The notes below the pieces were generated by a model. That model did no database searches and was not told where the DNA came from. It was given only the letters and a program-made list of their open reading frames with translations. Source: an uncultured Pseudomonadales bacterium (GTDB lineage Bacteria > Patescibacteriota > Microgenomatia > UBA1400 > PJMF01). Taken from it: 64,000 nucleotides of DNA. The position numbers and the translations under genes are program-made. The DNA lies in NCBI GenBank assembly GCA_964457085.1, contig CAYWDM010000002.1, positions 116,037-180,036 on the forward strand, given 5' to 3'. This document shows positions 39,405-49,287 of this stretch, in pieces. How positions within the stretch are numbered: position 1 is the stretch's first letter; every line of letters begins with the position of its first letter.

Positions 39405-40733
39405 CTAGTTGTATACCTCAGGGAGGTTATTCTCAAATAATACCACTGATTGTGGTTGATAGAGATGTCCGAGTGCTTGGGATGTCTCGAGCTGCGAACT
39501 TGCTTCGATGATTTGTTCTGGCTTACCTCCTGCAGACAAAAATCCTCTAATAATTGCCTTGCTACCGGATGAGGTAATGATGCCTAGATAATCAACAACC
39601 TGAGCTAATTGACGACCAAATTGCTCATGTAGTTGTTCAGAAGCAGACCCAAGTTCTGCAAATCCTGGTGTAATTACTATTCTTCTAGCAGCTGGCAAAC
39701 CTTGCAGTAATTCCAAACTGAAGACTGCTGAGTCGGGGTTAGAGTTATATCCATTATCTAGAAAGAGAATGTTGTTTGCGGAAAATGTTGGTTGATGTCG
39801 ATGCGGCACATATGGTGTACTGCCGAGTTGTCTGATGGCATTTTCTTGATCCAAACCGAGTGCTTGTGCTAGCCACAGTGCTGGCAAGCTATTCACCAAT
39901 TGATGTACGCCAAATAATGGTGTGAATACTTGAGTGGAAACAGTATTCTTTGTCAATTTCACATGGCCCTCTGTGCCTGCCCAACTTACCTTTCCATGAC
40001 TGACCACATAATCACTTGCCGGTAAATTACCGTAGGTGAGAGGAGCTGTCGCTAAACCGGTTGGAAGAAAAGGCACCAGTGACTCATGAATTAGAACTTT
40101 TGCTGGATTAAACTCAAAATGAGTGGCCAGTTCCAAGATAGTTGTGGCAATTGTCGAGAGTTCCTGCATTCTTTCAAGATGCTGCCGACCAGCAGGACAA
40201 ACTACACCCAAATCTGGCTCGATAAATCGAGTTAAGGTGGCAATGTCACCAGGGTAATACTCACCCAGCTCAACCAAAAAAACTTTTTCTTTGCCGGTGA
40301 GGTTTTTTAAAATAAATTGCGAGATTCCCAGTAAGGTATTGATGCTTTTTGGTGTAGCCAAGGTAGCGGTCTGAGCGTTAAGTAAGTGCTGGGCAATTTT
40401 TTTAGTCGAAGTTTTGCCGTAACTGCCGGAAAAGGCAATAATTTTTAGACCTCTTTTTTTGAGCCAGAGCAATTTAATTTTTGCAGCAAACAACCAAGCT
40501 GATTTGGTTACCCAATCCGCCGGGCTGAGGAGCCAACTAGCAGTCAAGATTTGCTGGTGAGCAGGTAGCCAAAAAAACAGACGGCTCATTTGATCGATTA
40601 GGCGTAGTTTGGTGGTCCATTTTTTTGGTGAGATGAGGTCATTTTCTTGATGGTGATCGCGCCACCAGCGATTGAAATAAATATCGTCGTATTCGCTTTG
40701 TTGCAGAATGGCTAAAATTGTTTGACGATGCAT
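39405..40733 (-). CDS. murF: UDP-MurNAc-tripeptide--D-Ala-D-Ala ligase (Mur ligase family).
   Basis: P-loop GSYGKTSTK; placed immediately upstream of ddl. Confidence 0.8.
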   Translation of the reverse strand: MHRQTILAILQQSEYDDIYFNRWWRDHHQENDLISPKKWTTKLRLIDQMSRLFFWLPAHQQILTASWLLSPADWVTKSAWLFAAKIKLLWLKKRGLKIIAFSGSYGKTSTKKIAQHLLNAQTATLATPKSINTLLGISQFILKNLTGKEKVFLVELGEYYPGDIATLTRFIEPDLGVVCPAGRQHLERMQELSTIATTILELATHFEFNPAKVLIHESLVPFLPTGLATAPLTYGNLPASDYVVSHGKVSWAGTEGHVKLTKNTVSTQVFTPLFGVHQLVNSLPALWLAQALGLDQENAIRQLGSTPYVPHRHQPTFSANNILFLDNGYNSNPDSAVFSLELLQGLPAARRIVITPGFAELGSASEQLHEQFGRQLAQVVDYLGIITSSGSKAIIRGFLSAGGKPEQIIEASSQLETSQALGHLYQPQSVVLFENNLPEVYN

Positions 40734-40734
40734 G

Positions 40735-41505
40735 CTAGATACTGGCTTCTAAAATTGCTGTAAGTGTTTCTCTTGGTTGATCATGAAAAGGACAGTGTCC
40801 TGCTGCAGTGATTATACAAAGTTTTGAGTTGGCTATCAGTGTTGCAAACTGTTTTCCTGCACTGAGAGGAGTTGTTGTATCTTGCTCTCCCCAAATAATG
40901 GTGGTCGGTAACGTGATTCTTTTCAACTGGGGCTCAATGTTTTCTCTAACAATTTCTCGTAATATCGCTTGTTGAGCTGAATTAGCATTTTGGTAGTCAG
41001 TGGCCACTCCAACTTTTCTAAGAATCTCAGGTGTTAACTGGTGCTTATACACATCTTTTATTTTTCTGGGAATTAATTTGGAGATAGTCTGAACTAATTG
41101 TTCTTTTCGAGTGAGTGGGAGGGGTAATCCGGCACTATCGATCAGAATCAAACCTTGTTGCAATTCTGTATTTTTTGTTGTGGCAATGACTGCAATTTTG
41201 CCGCCGAATGAATGTCCAAGTAGTAGGTATGGGCGATTTGGAATGATTTGCTGAATTAAATCCTCTAGCCAAAGAGTGTATTCATTACTATTCCAAGCTT
41301 TACCGGCTGCAGAGGGTGTAGGGTTGGCTGATTCGCCAAAGCCAGGAAGATCAGGGAGCAATACAGAGAAATGGTCGGCAAGTCCTGGAATGAGGTTGGC
41401 AAAGGTCTCGTGTGTGTGTCCCCAGCCGTGTAGCATCACCAACACAATAGGATTGTTTCCAATCAGTTGGTAGTGAGTACTAGTGTTATGAGCGACGCAC
41501 TGCAT
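40735..41505 (-). CDS. Alpha/beta-fold hydrolase.
   Basis: HGWGH and the GHSFGG nucleophile elbow. Confidence 0.8.
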   Translation of the reverse strand: MQCVAHNTSTHYQLIGNNPIVLVMLHGWGHTHETFANLIPGLADHFSVLLPDLPGFGESANPTPSAAGKAWNSNEYTLWLEDLIQQIIPNRPYLLLGHSFGGKIAVIATTKNTELQQGLILIDSAGLPLPLTRKEQLVQTISKLIPRKIKDVYKHQLTPEILRKVGVATDYQNANSAQQAILREIVRENIEPQLKRITLPTTIIWGEQDTTTPLSAGKQFATLIANSKLCIITAAGHCPFHDQPRETLTAILEASI

Positions 41506-41717
41506 GGTAAAAATTGTGTCGTTGCTGATTATACTTGGTGGCCATAATTCAGAACAGCTGGGTTATTATTTTGTGTTTTTCTCAAGATACACATTGGTTC
41601 CCCTTGACATCACTAGCTTTTTGGCGAGAATGTGAGATAGTTAGATTGGGTTTGAAACAAATTCAGTCAACATACGTGCAAAGTTAATTTAAAATAAGCC
41701 TGGTGGAGAGGCAAAGC

Positions 41718-42233
41718 ATGAAAAAATTATATCCGTATATTTTCCCGGCAATCGCATTGGCATTTCTCGTATTCTTAACATATCGCTGGTACGCACTACG
41801 CACACAGCGTGACGGTTTAGTAACTCCTTTCGAGGAAGGTGTGATTGTTGAAAACCTCAGCACAGATGATGCACAAAAGATTCTAAAAGGGATGGGCGAT
41901 CTCAAAACTGTTGAACTGACTAGTGAGAAATCAGACACAAAAACACCAGTAATCGGTCAAGTCAGATATGAAGTTAAAAATAGTAAGGTAAACTTTAGTG
42001 TTCAAGCTGATTTACCAAAATTAAAGACTGGTTCATATCAAGTTTGGCTGAAAGAGGTTGGCACAGAAGCTAAAAAGAAGGCTTTTGTACTTGAATTTGG
42101 TAAGGGAGGTTACATGGGAACTGCATCTGTTGCAGAATCATCACTGCCATTTGAAGTAGTCGTGACCAATCAGAGTGCAGATAGTGCAGTCATGGGCGAA
42201 GTGATCTTAAGCGGTCGTATCAATAAAAATTGA
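41718..42233 (+). CDS. Hypothetical membrane-anchored protein.
   Basis: N-terminal transmembrane helix; a GGAGAGG RBS precedes the ATG at 41718, inside the track's longer ORF. Confidence 0.5.
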   Translation: MKKLYPYIFPAIALAFLVFLTYRWYALRTQRDGLVTPFEEGVIVENLSTDDAQKILKGMGDLKTVELTSEKSDTKTPVIGQVRYEVKNSKVNFSVQADLPKLKTGSYQVWLKEVGTEAKKKAFVLEFGKGGYMGTASVAESSLPFEVVVTNQSADSAVMGEVILSGRINKN

Positions 42234-42352
42234 TGTATCGCAATAGCACTTCATTCGTATCTGGAGTAACAATTACTCCTTGATATACGAATCGAGTATG
42301 TTACGCTGTATACAGTAGTAATCCCCGAGTAAATCGGGAAAAGGAGAAGAAT

Positions 42353-42556
42353 ATGGCAGATACCTATAGCTACACAAACGCCAAGGGTCAGGCATATTAC
42401 TTGCACACACGTGAGGTCACTCTCAAAAATGGTCGTGTGCAACGTATTTACTTTTTTGCTCGCGACATTCGCAGTGGCTCTTTGAGTGCTGTGCCCGCAG
42501 GCTACAAAGTAATTGAGACCAAGCGTACTGGCATGCCAGTACTCAAAAAAGCCTAA
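42353..42556 (+). CDS. Small conserved-looking hypothetical protein (67 aa).
   Basis: A GGAGAAGA RBS precedes the ATG; followed by a strong terminator. Confidence 0.5.
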   Translation: MADTYSYTNAKGQAYYLHTREVTLKNGRVQRIYFFARDIRSGSLSAVPAGYKVIETKRTGMPVLKKA

Positions 42557-42590
42557 TATTGGCTTTAGCTACACTAAAATTGTAACGAAG

Positions 42591-42615
42591 ACCCCAGTTT
42601 AGACTGGGGTTTTTG
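42591..42615. terminator. Bidirectional rho-independent terminator between convergent genes.
   Basis: ACCCCAGU-UUAG-ACUGGGGU followed by a U run. Confidence 0.75.
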
Positions 42616-42672
42616 GTTATTTTGCCAAAGTATGGTGAGTGGATTCAGCCAACTGAACAGACCACAATAGTC

Positions 42673-44499
42673 TTATTGGAAATCAACTGTTTTGTATTGT
42701 AAGTGATCTGGTGAGAGTTCAAATATTTTACTGTTAAATTGATTATGATAATCCCAGTTTTCGATTAGTTTCTCATTTAGACAAGCTCCTCTTTCGACAA
42801 AAACCCTTGAAACTAAGTTGCGATTGATGTGGCTAAAGTTGCAGATTGAATGGTAATCCTCACCAAATGGCAAAACTAGATCGAAATTGTTTGAATAAAC
42901 GGCATGTGTGTAAATTTTTTTGTGTAGAGTTTCATCAACAATAAGGCTAGCAAAATGTATGTTTCGATGAATAAGTACTGAGCTATCTACGTGCGAGACA
43001 ATCCACTGATAACTATCAGATTTGGACAGTTTGCCATTAGATATTCTCAGCCAATTATAGTTTTCTGACCAAGATGTTGTAAGAAATATAATTGTTAGTA
43101 TCATCAGTGCGACTCTAAAGATCTTTTCACTTACTTTATTATCTTGGCTTACTAGCTGAAGACCTACCCATAAAAATGAAATTGAACCGAATGATAAAAA
43201 TTTGTGTGAAAAATATCTCCAGGTTAGGAAGAAAGTACCAGTAATTATTATTAATTGTGTTAGAGTCAGCAAATAGATTGCTTGGTGCTTTTGTCGATAT
43301 TCCTTATTCATACTGTTTTTGACTAGAACTCCAAACAATGTTATGAATAACAATAGGGTTGGTATGACCTTCCAGGAGTTGTCATTAATTATTTTTTCCC
43401 AATATACTGAGTCTAGGTATGCTGGATTAAAATCATTGGGAATGGCACCTATAATTTGAGAGATTCTCTGAGCAGTCAGTGTATATTTGTTTTGACCGTA
43501 GATTGCGACTTCTTTTTCAATACTGGTGATATTAGGGTAATAAAATCCCAAAAGAAGAATCGTTACGAATATAAGTTGCTGCAATGTTAGCCAAGATTTT
43601 CGTTTAAATAACCTATATGCGTAATAAATCAAAAACGGTGCTAATAGTACTAGCGAATAGTAATATACGAGTCCTGTAATAAAAACTAACAAAGGCAGAA
43701 GAATCAACTTTGTGTCAAATGAGGGTAAAAATAATAATAGCATGACGAGAAATAATGATATCTCTTGCGATATAGAATCCATGCCAACAATAACGTGTAA
43801 CAATGGGTAACTGAAGCAAGCAATAATTGGTAGCCATGACCATTTTATTTTTGGCAAAAACTGTGTTGCTAGAGTGAGTGCAAGCAACAATGCATATGTA
43901 AAGAAGAATTTATGAATGCTGACAAAATGTGGCTGTGTCAGCATTACATCTTCAAACCCGTGTAAAAAAATTAACAAATAATGAGCACCGAGCGGATATC
44001 TATAATTCTCTGTAACTCGTCTGAGCGTCCCAAAAAAATGATCGTTTAAGTTGGAAGGACGTTCACTCAATGAAAAATCATTTATATATCGAGCTATTCT
44101 TTCATGGTTGTGATAATCACCATTCCCACCAAATGAAATAATTGTATTGTTGCTAATCTCGGCAAAACAAATAAAGAAAAACATGCTGACATATATAAGT
44201 AGATGTAACCAAATTTGTTTGGTGATTATTGGCTTGAGGTAAATGAGGCAAATTGCACCGAGTATTGACAATACTATATAAAATTCTGTTGTAAGAATTG
44301 TATTTAAGCTCACGAAATAACTCAGAGGATAAATCAGTAATAGGACTGCAATCCACCCAACGGAAGAAAAAAGTATGATGTCATTGATTGAAGCTTTTTC
44401 TATTTTTTTTCTTACGATTAGGGAATATCCACAAAAAGAAATTGAGCCCAAGAAAAGTATTAAAACAGTGAAGATGAAAAAACTAACTAAATAAAACAT
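42673..44499 (-). CDS. Polytopic membrane glycosyltransferase-like protein (GT-C-like, 608 aa) in an AT-rich islet.
   Basis: At least 12 hydrophobic helices plus a C-terminal soluble domain; markedly lower GC than the flanks; paired with a GT2. Confidence 0.6.
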   Translation of the reverse strand: MFYLVSFFIFTVLILFLGSISFCGYSLIVRKKIEKASINDIILFSSVGWIAVLLLIYPLSYFVSLNTILTTEFYIVLSILGAICLIYLKPIITKQIWLHLLIYVSMFFFICFAEISNNTIISFGGNGDYHNHERIARYINDFSLSERPSNLNDHFFGTLRRVTENYRYPLGAHYLLIFLHGFEDVMLTQPHFVSIHKFFFTYALLLALTLATQFLPKIKWSWLPIIACFSYPLLHVIVGMDSISQEISLFLVMLLLFLPSFDTKLILLPLLVFITGLVYYYSLVLLAPFLIYYAYRLFKRKSWLTLQQLIFVTILLLGFYYPNITSIEKEVAIYGQNKYTLTAQRISQIIGAIPNDFNPAYLDSVYWEKIINDNSWKVIPTLLLFITLFGVLVKNSMNKEYRQKHQAIYLLTLTQLIIITGTFFLTWRYFSHKFLSFGSISFLWVGLQLVSQDNKVSEKIFRVALMILTIIFLTTSWSENYNWLRISNGKLSKSDSYQWIVSHVDSSVLIHRNIHFASLIVDETLHKKIYTHAVYSNNFDLVLPFGEDYHSICNFSHINRNLVSRVFVERGACLNEKLIENWDYHNQFNSKIFELSPDHLQYKTVDFQ

Positions 44500-44505
44500 A
44501 ATAAG

Positions 44506-45210
44506 TTATTCACGACTAAATCTTGATTTTAAAATATAGGCCATTATTTTAAGTCCATCGAATGGACTGCAGCCATTTTTGGGCATACTTTCAGGTAACG
44601 AAATAATTGGCATTTCAATTAAATTAATATTTTTTTTGCATATTTTTACTAATATTTCTGCCTCTAAGTTATAACCAGATGAGTTTAAGTCCAATTTTTG
44701 AAAACTCTGCTTGGTAAACGCTTTTAGACCACAAAGAGGGTCTCTAAAAAATCTGCCATTCAAGAGAAAAAATTCGACGATAATGCAGATTTTTCCGAGT
44801 ATTTTTGAACTTGGCTCTGACGAATTGCCATACCGACTACCTGTGATAATTGCATCACTGTTGGAGTCAAGTATCTGATTGAAGCTGTGCAGACAGGAAA
44901 CTTGGTGTTGACCATCAGCATCAAACAAAATTAATTTACTTGCGTGCAAATTTTTAATTGCGTGTTGGCATCCAATTTTAATGGCTTGACTTTTGCCCAG
45001 ATTTTTATTGAGTTTAATAACATGAGGGGTGAATCTTGAGGCAATTTTTGCAGTCTGATCTGTAGAACCGTCATCAACAACCAAACAGTTAATGTGTAGT
45101 TTCTTTATTGCAACCAATAGTGGTTTAATTCGTGGGGCTTCGTTGTATGCAGGTATCACAACAACGAGTGTGCCAGTGGTTGTATAGTGTTTCTTTTCAT
45201 TCATGGGCAA
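44506..45210 (-). CDS. Family-2 glycosyltransferase.
   Basis: VVIPAYNEAPRI, VVDDGSTDQT, LFDADGQH. Confidence 0.85.
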   Translation of the reverse strand: MPMNEKKHYTTTGTLVVVIPAYNEAPRIKPLLVAIKKLHINCLVVDDGSTDQTAKIASRFTPHVIKLNKNLGKSQAIKIGCQHAIKNLHASKLILFDADGQHQVSCLHSFNQILDSNSDAIITGSRYGNSSEPSSKILGKICIIVEFFLLNGRFFRDPLCGLKAFTKQSFQKLDLNSSGYNLEAEILVKICKKNINLIEMPIISLPESMPKNGCSPFDGLKIMAYILKSRFSRE

Positions 45211-45396
45211 CGTAGCACAGATTGAGGCTTACTTGAACTTGTCGAATCATGTTACTTCTATATCAATATATTACATGGATGCTATATTTTTTTTACTCAA
45301 AATACAAGGGTACCTGATTGATATTCCAAGTTTTTGAGTTTGGGATATTTATGTAGCCTTACGTTTTAATGTGTTTTTTTCCGTTACAATACCAAT

Positions 45397-45768
45397 ATGA
45401 CAACATCCCTAGCAAAACAATCAAAAATTAGTACGCCTCCAACACTATTATCGCCGACCAAGCAAAGAATCATAGAACGTTTAAAAACTATCTTGGATCC
45501 TGAAATCGATGTTGATATTGTTAGTTTAGGTTTGATTTATGACGCAATGGTTACTACTGATAAAAAAGTGTTTGTGCGAATGACCCTAACCTCTCCAGGC
45601 TGTCCATTGGCAGGCTCGATTGAATCATTAATCAGAATCTCAATGAATGATTTGGTAGCTGATACCGACGGAGATGTGATACTTGAAATAACCTTTGATC
45701 CTCCATGGACACCTGATATGATGAGTGAGGAAGTTCGACTTGAGTACGGAATTCCATTGGTGAATTAA
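45397..45768 (+). CDS. DUF59/MIP18-family Fe-S assembly protein (SufT-like).
   Basis: IDVDIVSLGLIYD...LTSPGCPLAGSI motif. Confidence 0.75.
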   Translation: MTTSLAKQSKISTPPTLLSPTKQRIIERLKTILDPEIDVDIVSLGLIYDAMVTTDKKVFVRMTLTSPGCPLAGSIESLIRISMNDLVADTDGDVILEITFDPPWTPDMMSEEVRLEYGIPLVN

Positions 45769-45769
45769 T

Positions 45770-46243
45770 ATGAAATTATTATTTGGTGCCGATCACGGTG
45801 GTTTTGAACTGAAAGAACAACTCAAAGGTTGGGCAATTTTACAGGGTTATCAGATTGAAGATTTTGGAGCGATAGAGTTGGTACCTGGCGATGATTACAC
45901 TCCATATGCGATTGCAGTAGCGAGATCAGTTGCGAGCCAATCAACGGATTACAGTCAGCAACATGTTTTTGGAGTCTTGTGTTGCCGATCTGGAGGGGGC
46001 GTGACTATTGCCGCTAACAGAATTGCTGGAGTTAGAGCAGTTGACGTCGACAATGAAGTTGAGGCTCAGCATGCTCGAAATGATAACGCTGCTAATATCA
46101 TCACACTTAGTGGAGATTGGCTGTCAATTGCAGCAGCTCAGAAATTACTAGCAGTGTTTTGCACCACACCATTTAGCGGTGCAGAGCGACATGTGAGGCG
46201 GCTGCGAGAGATTGACGCAATTACTGACACTACAGCTGAGTAA
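45770..46243 (+). CDS. rpiB: Ribose-5-phosphate isomerase B.
   Basis: MKLLFGADHGGFELKEQL; RpiB/LacAB family. Confidence 0.85.
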   Translation: MKLLFGADHGGFELKEQLKGWAILQGYQIEDFGAIELVPGDDYTPYAIAVARSVASQSTDYSQQHVFGVLCCRSGGGVTIAANRIAGVRAVDVDNEVEAQHARNDNAANIITLSGDWLSIAAAQKLLAVFCTTPFSGAERHVRRLREIDAITDTTAE

Positions 46244-46265
46244 TTAAGTAGTAACTATTTTATTT

Positions 46266-46949
46266 ATGCAAATAATTCCCACAATTCTGCAATCGGACTT
46301 AGAAATGGTAAAAAAACAGGTGGCTCTATCACAGCAACTACCAGGTGTTGAGTTAATTCAGATCGATGTGCAAGATGGACAATTTACTTCAGAGCGAACG
46401 GTTAGTATCAGTGATTTGACAGAGATTGAATACGGTAATTTGCAGCTCGATGTGCACTTAATGGTTGACGAACCAATGGACTTTCTCTGGGAGTTAATTG
46501 AGTTGAATGAATGGTTACCTATACATAGTGTCACTGCACAGATAGAGCACATGAGTTATCAGGCTGATTTTATCGACGAAGTCGCAGGACATAATTGGGA
46601 GGTTGGCTTTTCACTTGAATTGTATACACCGTTTGAATCTATCGACCAGGAATCATTGGCTAGATTGGATAGCGTACAACTGTTGGCTATTCAGGCTGGC
46701 AGTCAAGGACAACCACTAAATGACTTGGTATATGGGCGTTTGTTGGAACTACAAAAAGTGTTATCTCAGTGCAAATCAGTTGACGGTCTTGATCGCAAAC
46801 CAATAGAGATTTGGGTGGATGGTGGAGTAAAGCCAGAAAATATTACCAAGTTGCAACAACATGGTGTTACTGCAGTAACTGTTGGTAGTTACCTGTGGAA
46901 ATCAACTGATAGCATCGAGGCATATCGTCAACTGCAGGCATTACTCTAA
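46266..46949 (+). CDS. rpe: Ribulose-phosphate 3-epimerase.
   Basis: IIPTILQSDL, IQIDVQDGQF, DVHLMV motifs. Confidence 0.8.
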   Translation: MQIIPTILQSDLEMVKKQVALSQQLPGVELIQIDVQDGQFTSERTVSISDLTEIEYGNLQLDVHLMVDEPMDFLWELIELNEWLPIHSVTAQIEHMSYQADFIDEVAGHNWEVGFSLELYTPFESIDQESLARLDSVQLLAIQAGSQGQPLNDLVYGRLLELQKVLSQCKSVDGLDRKPIEIWVDGGVKPENITKLQQHGVTAVTVGSYLWKSTDSIEAYRQLQALL

Positions 46950-47032
46950 TTACTATTTGTGTCTATCTAATTAGATTTGTGTTCAATTCATTGTTCCTAA
47001 GTTTTCCGCATATTGCTACTATGTAGTCACCT

Positions 47033-47665
47033 ATGCGTACCCAAATCAGCATTCCTCACATTAAACAGCAAAGCACTATTCGTGATATTGCAATCTTCGG
47101 AGGTGCTGATGTTGATGAGCTACATCCTCTGTATCAGGAAGTTTTCAAAGTTGCACGTTATTTGGCATATCACGGTAAGGTAATTATCGATGGTGGTGGT
47201 CCAGGAGTGATGAACGCAGCTACTCAGGGGGCAGAGTCAGTTGGTGGCCAGACTTTAGGTGTCACTTTTTATCCCAAGGACATGCCAAATTTCGAGGGCA
47301 GATTTGGTGAAAATAAAGTTGATAAGGAGATCCGTACTTCTAACTACATCGAGAGAATGTTTACCTTAATGTATCACGCAGATGCTTTTGTGATTTTTCA
47401 AGGTGGCACTGGCACTCTGAGTGAATGGGCAACAGCTTGGTTATTGGCTCATCTCTATTATGGGAACCACAAGCCAATTATTTTATATGGTGAATTTTGG
47501 CATGAGGTGATGCGGGTGATTAATGACAATTTTCTGATTGGTGAGTCAGAAAGAATGGTATACAAGATTGCCAACGATCAAGACCAGCTGATTGCAGCCT
47601 TAAGTGATTTTGAGGCTGAACTCGAAACTCGTTGTCAGTTGCCCAAGCGCCAAACAAACGAGTAG
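47033..47665 (+). CDS. LOG-family protein (TIGR00730 Rossmann-fold nucleotide-binding protein).
   Basis: GGGPGVMNA and FQGGTGTLSEW motifs. Confidence 0.8.
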   Translation: MRTQISIPHIKQQSTIRDIAIFGGADVDELHPLYQEVFKVARYLAYHGKVIIDGGGPGVMNAATQGAESVGGQTLGVTFYPKDMPNFEGRFGENKVDKEIRTSNYIERMFTLMYHADAFVIFQGGTGTLSEWATAWLLAHLYYGNHKPIILYGEFWHEVMRVINDNFLIGESERMVYKIANDQDQLIAALSDFEAELETRCQLPKRQTNE

Positions 47666-47715
47666 AATGACTTTGGCAACTTATTCACAGTATTAATTGG
47701 TTGCGGTATCTGCCT

Positions 47716-48642
47716 ATGTTTCATGTCATTTCAATTGGCTCTGCGTTAGTTGATATTTTTATCCACTCACAAAAGTTTGAGACTCAGTCAAATGCTGAAG
47801 GAAAATTGCTCTGTCAGATGCAAGGAGCAAAAGTCGACATTGAAGGTTTTAGAGTGTACACAGGTGGTGGTGCTAGTAATACTGCAGTAGGTTTCAGTCG
47901 ATTGGGTCTATCAAGTGCGGCACTTTGCGAAACTGGTCGAGATGAATTTGCCAGAATTGTTGTTTCAGATTTAGAAAAAGAAAATGTTTCCACTCAATTA
48001 GTAATCTCAGAGAAAAAGGAACAGACGGGTGGTTCAGTTATTTTGGTTGGGGCAAAAGGAAGCCGTACTGCATTAGTACACCGAGGTGCAGCTTCAATGT
48101 TGGATTCATTTGATATTCCGCCATATTGGATTTCACAGACACGTTGGGTGCATTTATCGAGTATCGGGGGCAGGCTGGAAACACTTGAACGTATCTTTAA
48201 GTTGGTTAAAAAAGTTGGAGATGTTGGTTTGTCTTGGAATCCGGGACAAGGTGAGTTGGCATTATTGAAAGAAGGTTCTCTAGCGGTTGAGTCCATCACT
48301 TGTACTGTTTTATTTTTAAACAAAGAAGAGTGGCGTCAGATTAGTGCACAACACGCTCAATTGCTTGAGCATATTCCACAAATCATTATCACCGACGGCA
48401 AAAATGGTGGTGATGCATACATTAATGGCAAACATAGTTGGCGATATTTGGCACTACCTGTTGAGTCAGTCGATGACACAGGAGCAGGTGATGCCTTTGC
48501 AGTGGGCTATGTTGCTGCACATTTGTCTGGCAAAAAACCTCAAGAGTCTATTGAATGGGCAGTAAAGAATGCCAGCTCTGTAGTCAGATTTTATGGTGCC
48601 AAACCTGGTTTACTCGATAAAAAACGAATAGAAAGTAACTAA
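47716..48642 (+). CDS. PfkB-family carbohydrate kinase (ribokinase-like).
   Basis: N-terminal ISIGSALVDIF and the C-terminal DTGAGDAF anion-hole motif. Confidence 0.8.
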   Translation: MFHVISIGSALVDIFIHSQKFETQSNAEGKLLCQMQGAKVDIEGFRVYTGGGASNTAVGFSRLGLSSAALCETGRDEFARIVVSDLEKENVSTQLVISEKKEQTGGSVILVGAKGSRTALVHRGAASMLDSFDIPPYWISQTRWVHLSSIGGRLETLERIFKLVKKVGDVGLSWNPGQGELALLKEGSLAVESITCTVLFLNKEEWRQISAQHAQLLEHIPQIIITDGKNGGDAYINGKHSWRYLALPVESVDDTGAGDAFAVGYVAAHLSGKKPQESIEWAVKNASSVVRFYGAKPGLLDKKRIESN

Positions 48643-48696
48643 TCATAAAGTAGAGGTTTGATAATTTCCCAAAAACTCTCTATCATGAGACTAACC

Positions 48697-49263
48697 ATGA
48701 AACGAATCATTTTTTTACTCGTATTTTTTTTGTTGGCATTTAGCCTCACAGCTTCATCTGCTTTGGCTGCAACTTTAAAACTAACTAGAATTGGAGCCTC
48801 CTCGACAGAGGGTCAGACTTTTCGAACTTGGTACTACCAGGGTTTAAATCCATTACTACAGGGAACCACAACCCCTGAAGCTCAAGTGAGCATCACGTTA
48901 AACAGTGCTAATAATAAAGTCACTGCTGATGAGACCGGTGATTGGAGTTTTCAACCAACCACACTCATTGCTGGTCAACATGATGTAACTATTGGATCTG
49001 ACGGTCAACAAATTGCATTTACACTCACCATCGATGACGGAACTGCCTCTAGTAGTGCGAGTACTAGTTCTACCACTACTACATCGAGTAGTAGCTCTGA
49101 ATCTGCAACAACTGAGAGTGGTGTAGGTGGAGTGGCGACTGATTCTGGTGAACTACCAGTAACCGGTGCTGTAAGTCAAACATTCTTCTTAGTATTGGCA
49201 GGTTTTTCAATCATGGGTTTGGGCATGGCCATTAAGGCAGTGCATCATGCTGAGGTTAGTTAA
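48697..49263 (+). CDS. Secreted Ser/Thr-rich protein with an LPxTG sortase sorting signal.
   Basis: Signal peptide MKRIIFLLVFFLLAFSLTASSALA; low-complexity S/T linker; C-terminal LPVTG plus a hydrophobic stretch and a charged tail. Start ambiguous (48658, 48685 or 48697). Confidence 0.75.
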   Translation: MKRIIFLLVFFLLAFSLTASSALAATLKLTRIGASSTEGQTFRTWYYQGLNPLLQGTTTPEAQVSITLNSANNKVTADETGDWSFQPTTLIAGQHDVTIGSDGQQIAFTLTIDDGTASSSASTSSTTTTSSSSSESATTESGVGGVATDSGELPVTGAVSQTFFLVLAGFSIMGLGMAIKAVHHAEVS

Positions 49264-49287
49264 TTTAGTAAAAATGGTTTTTGAGGT

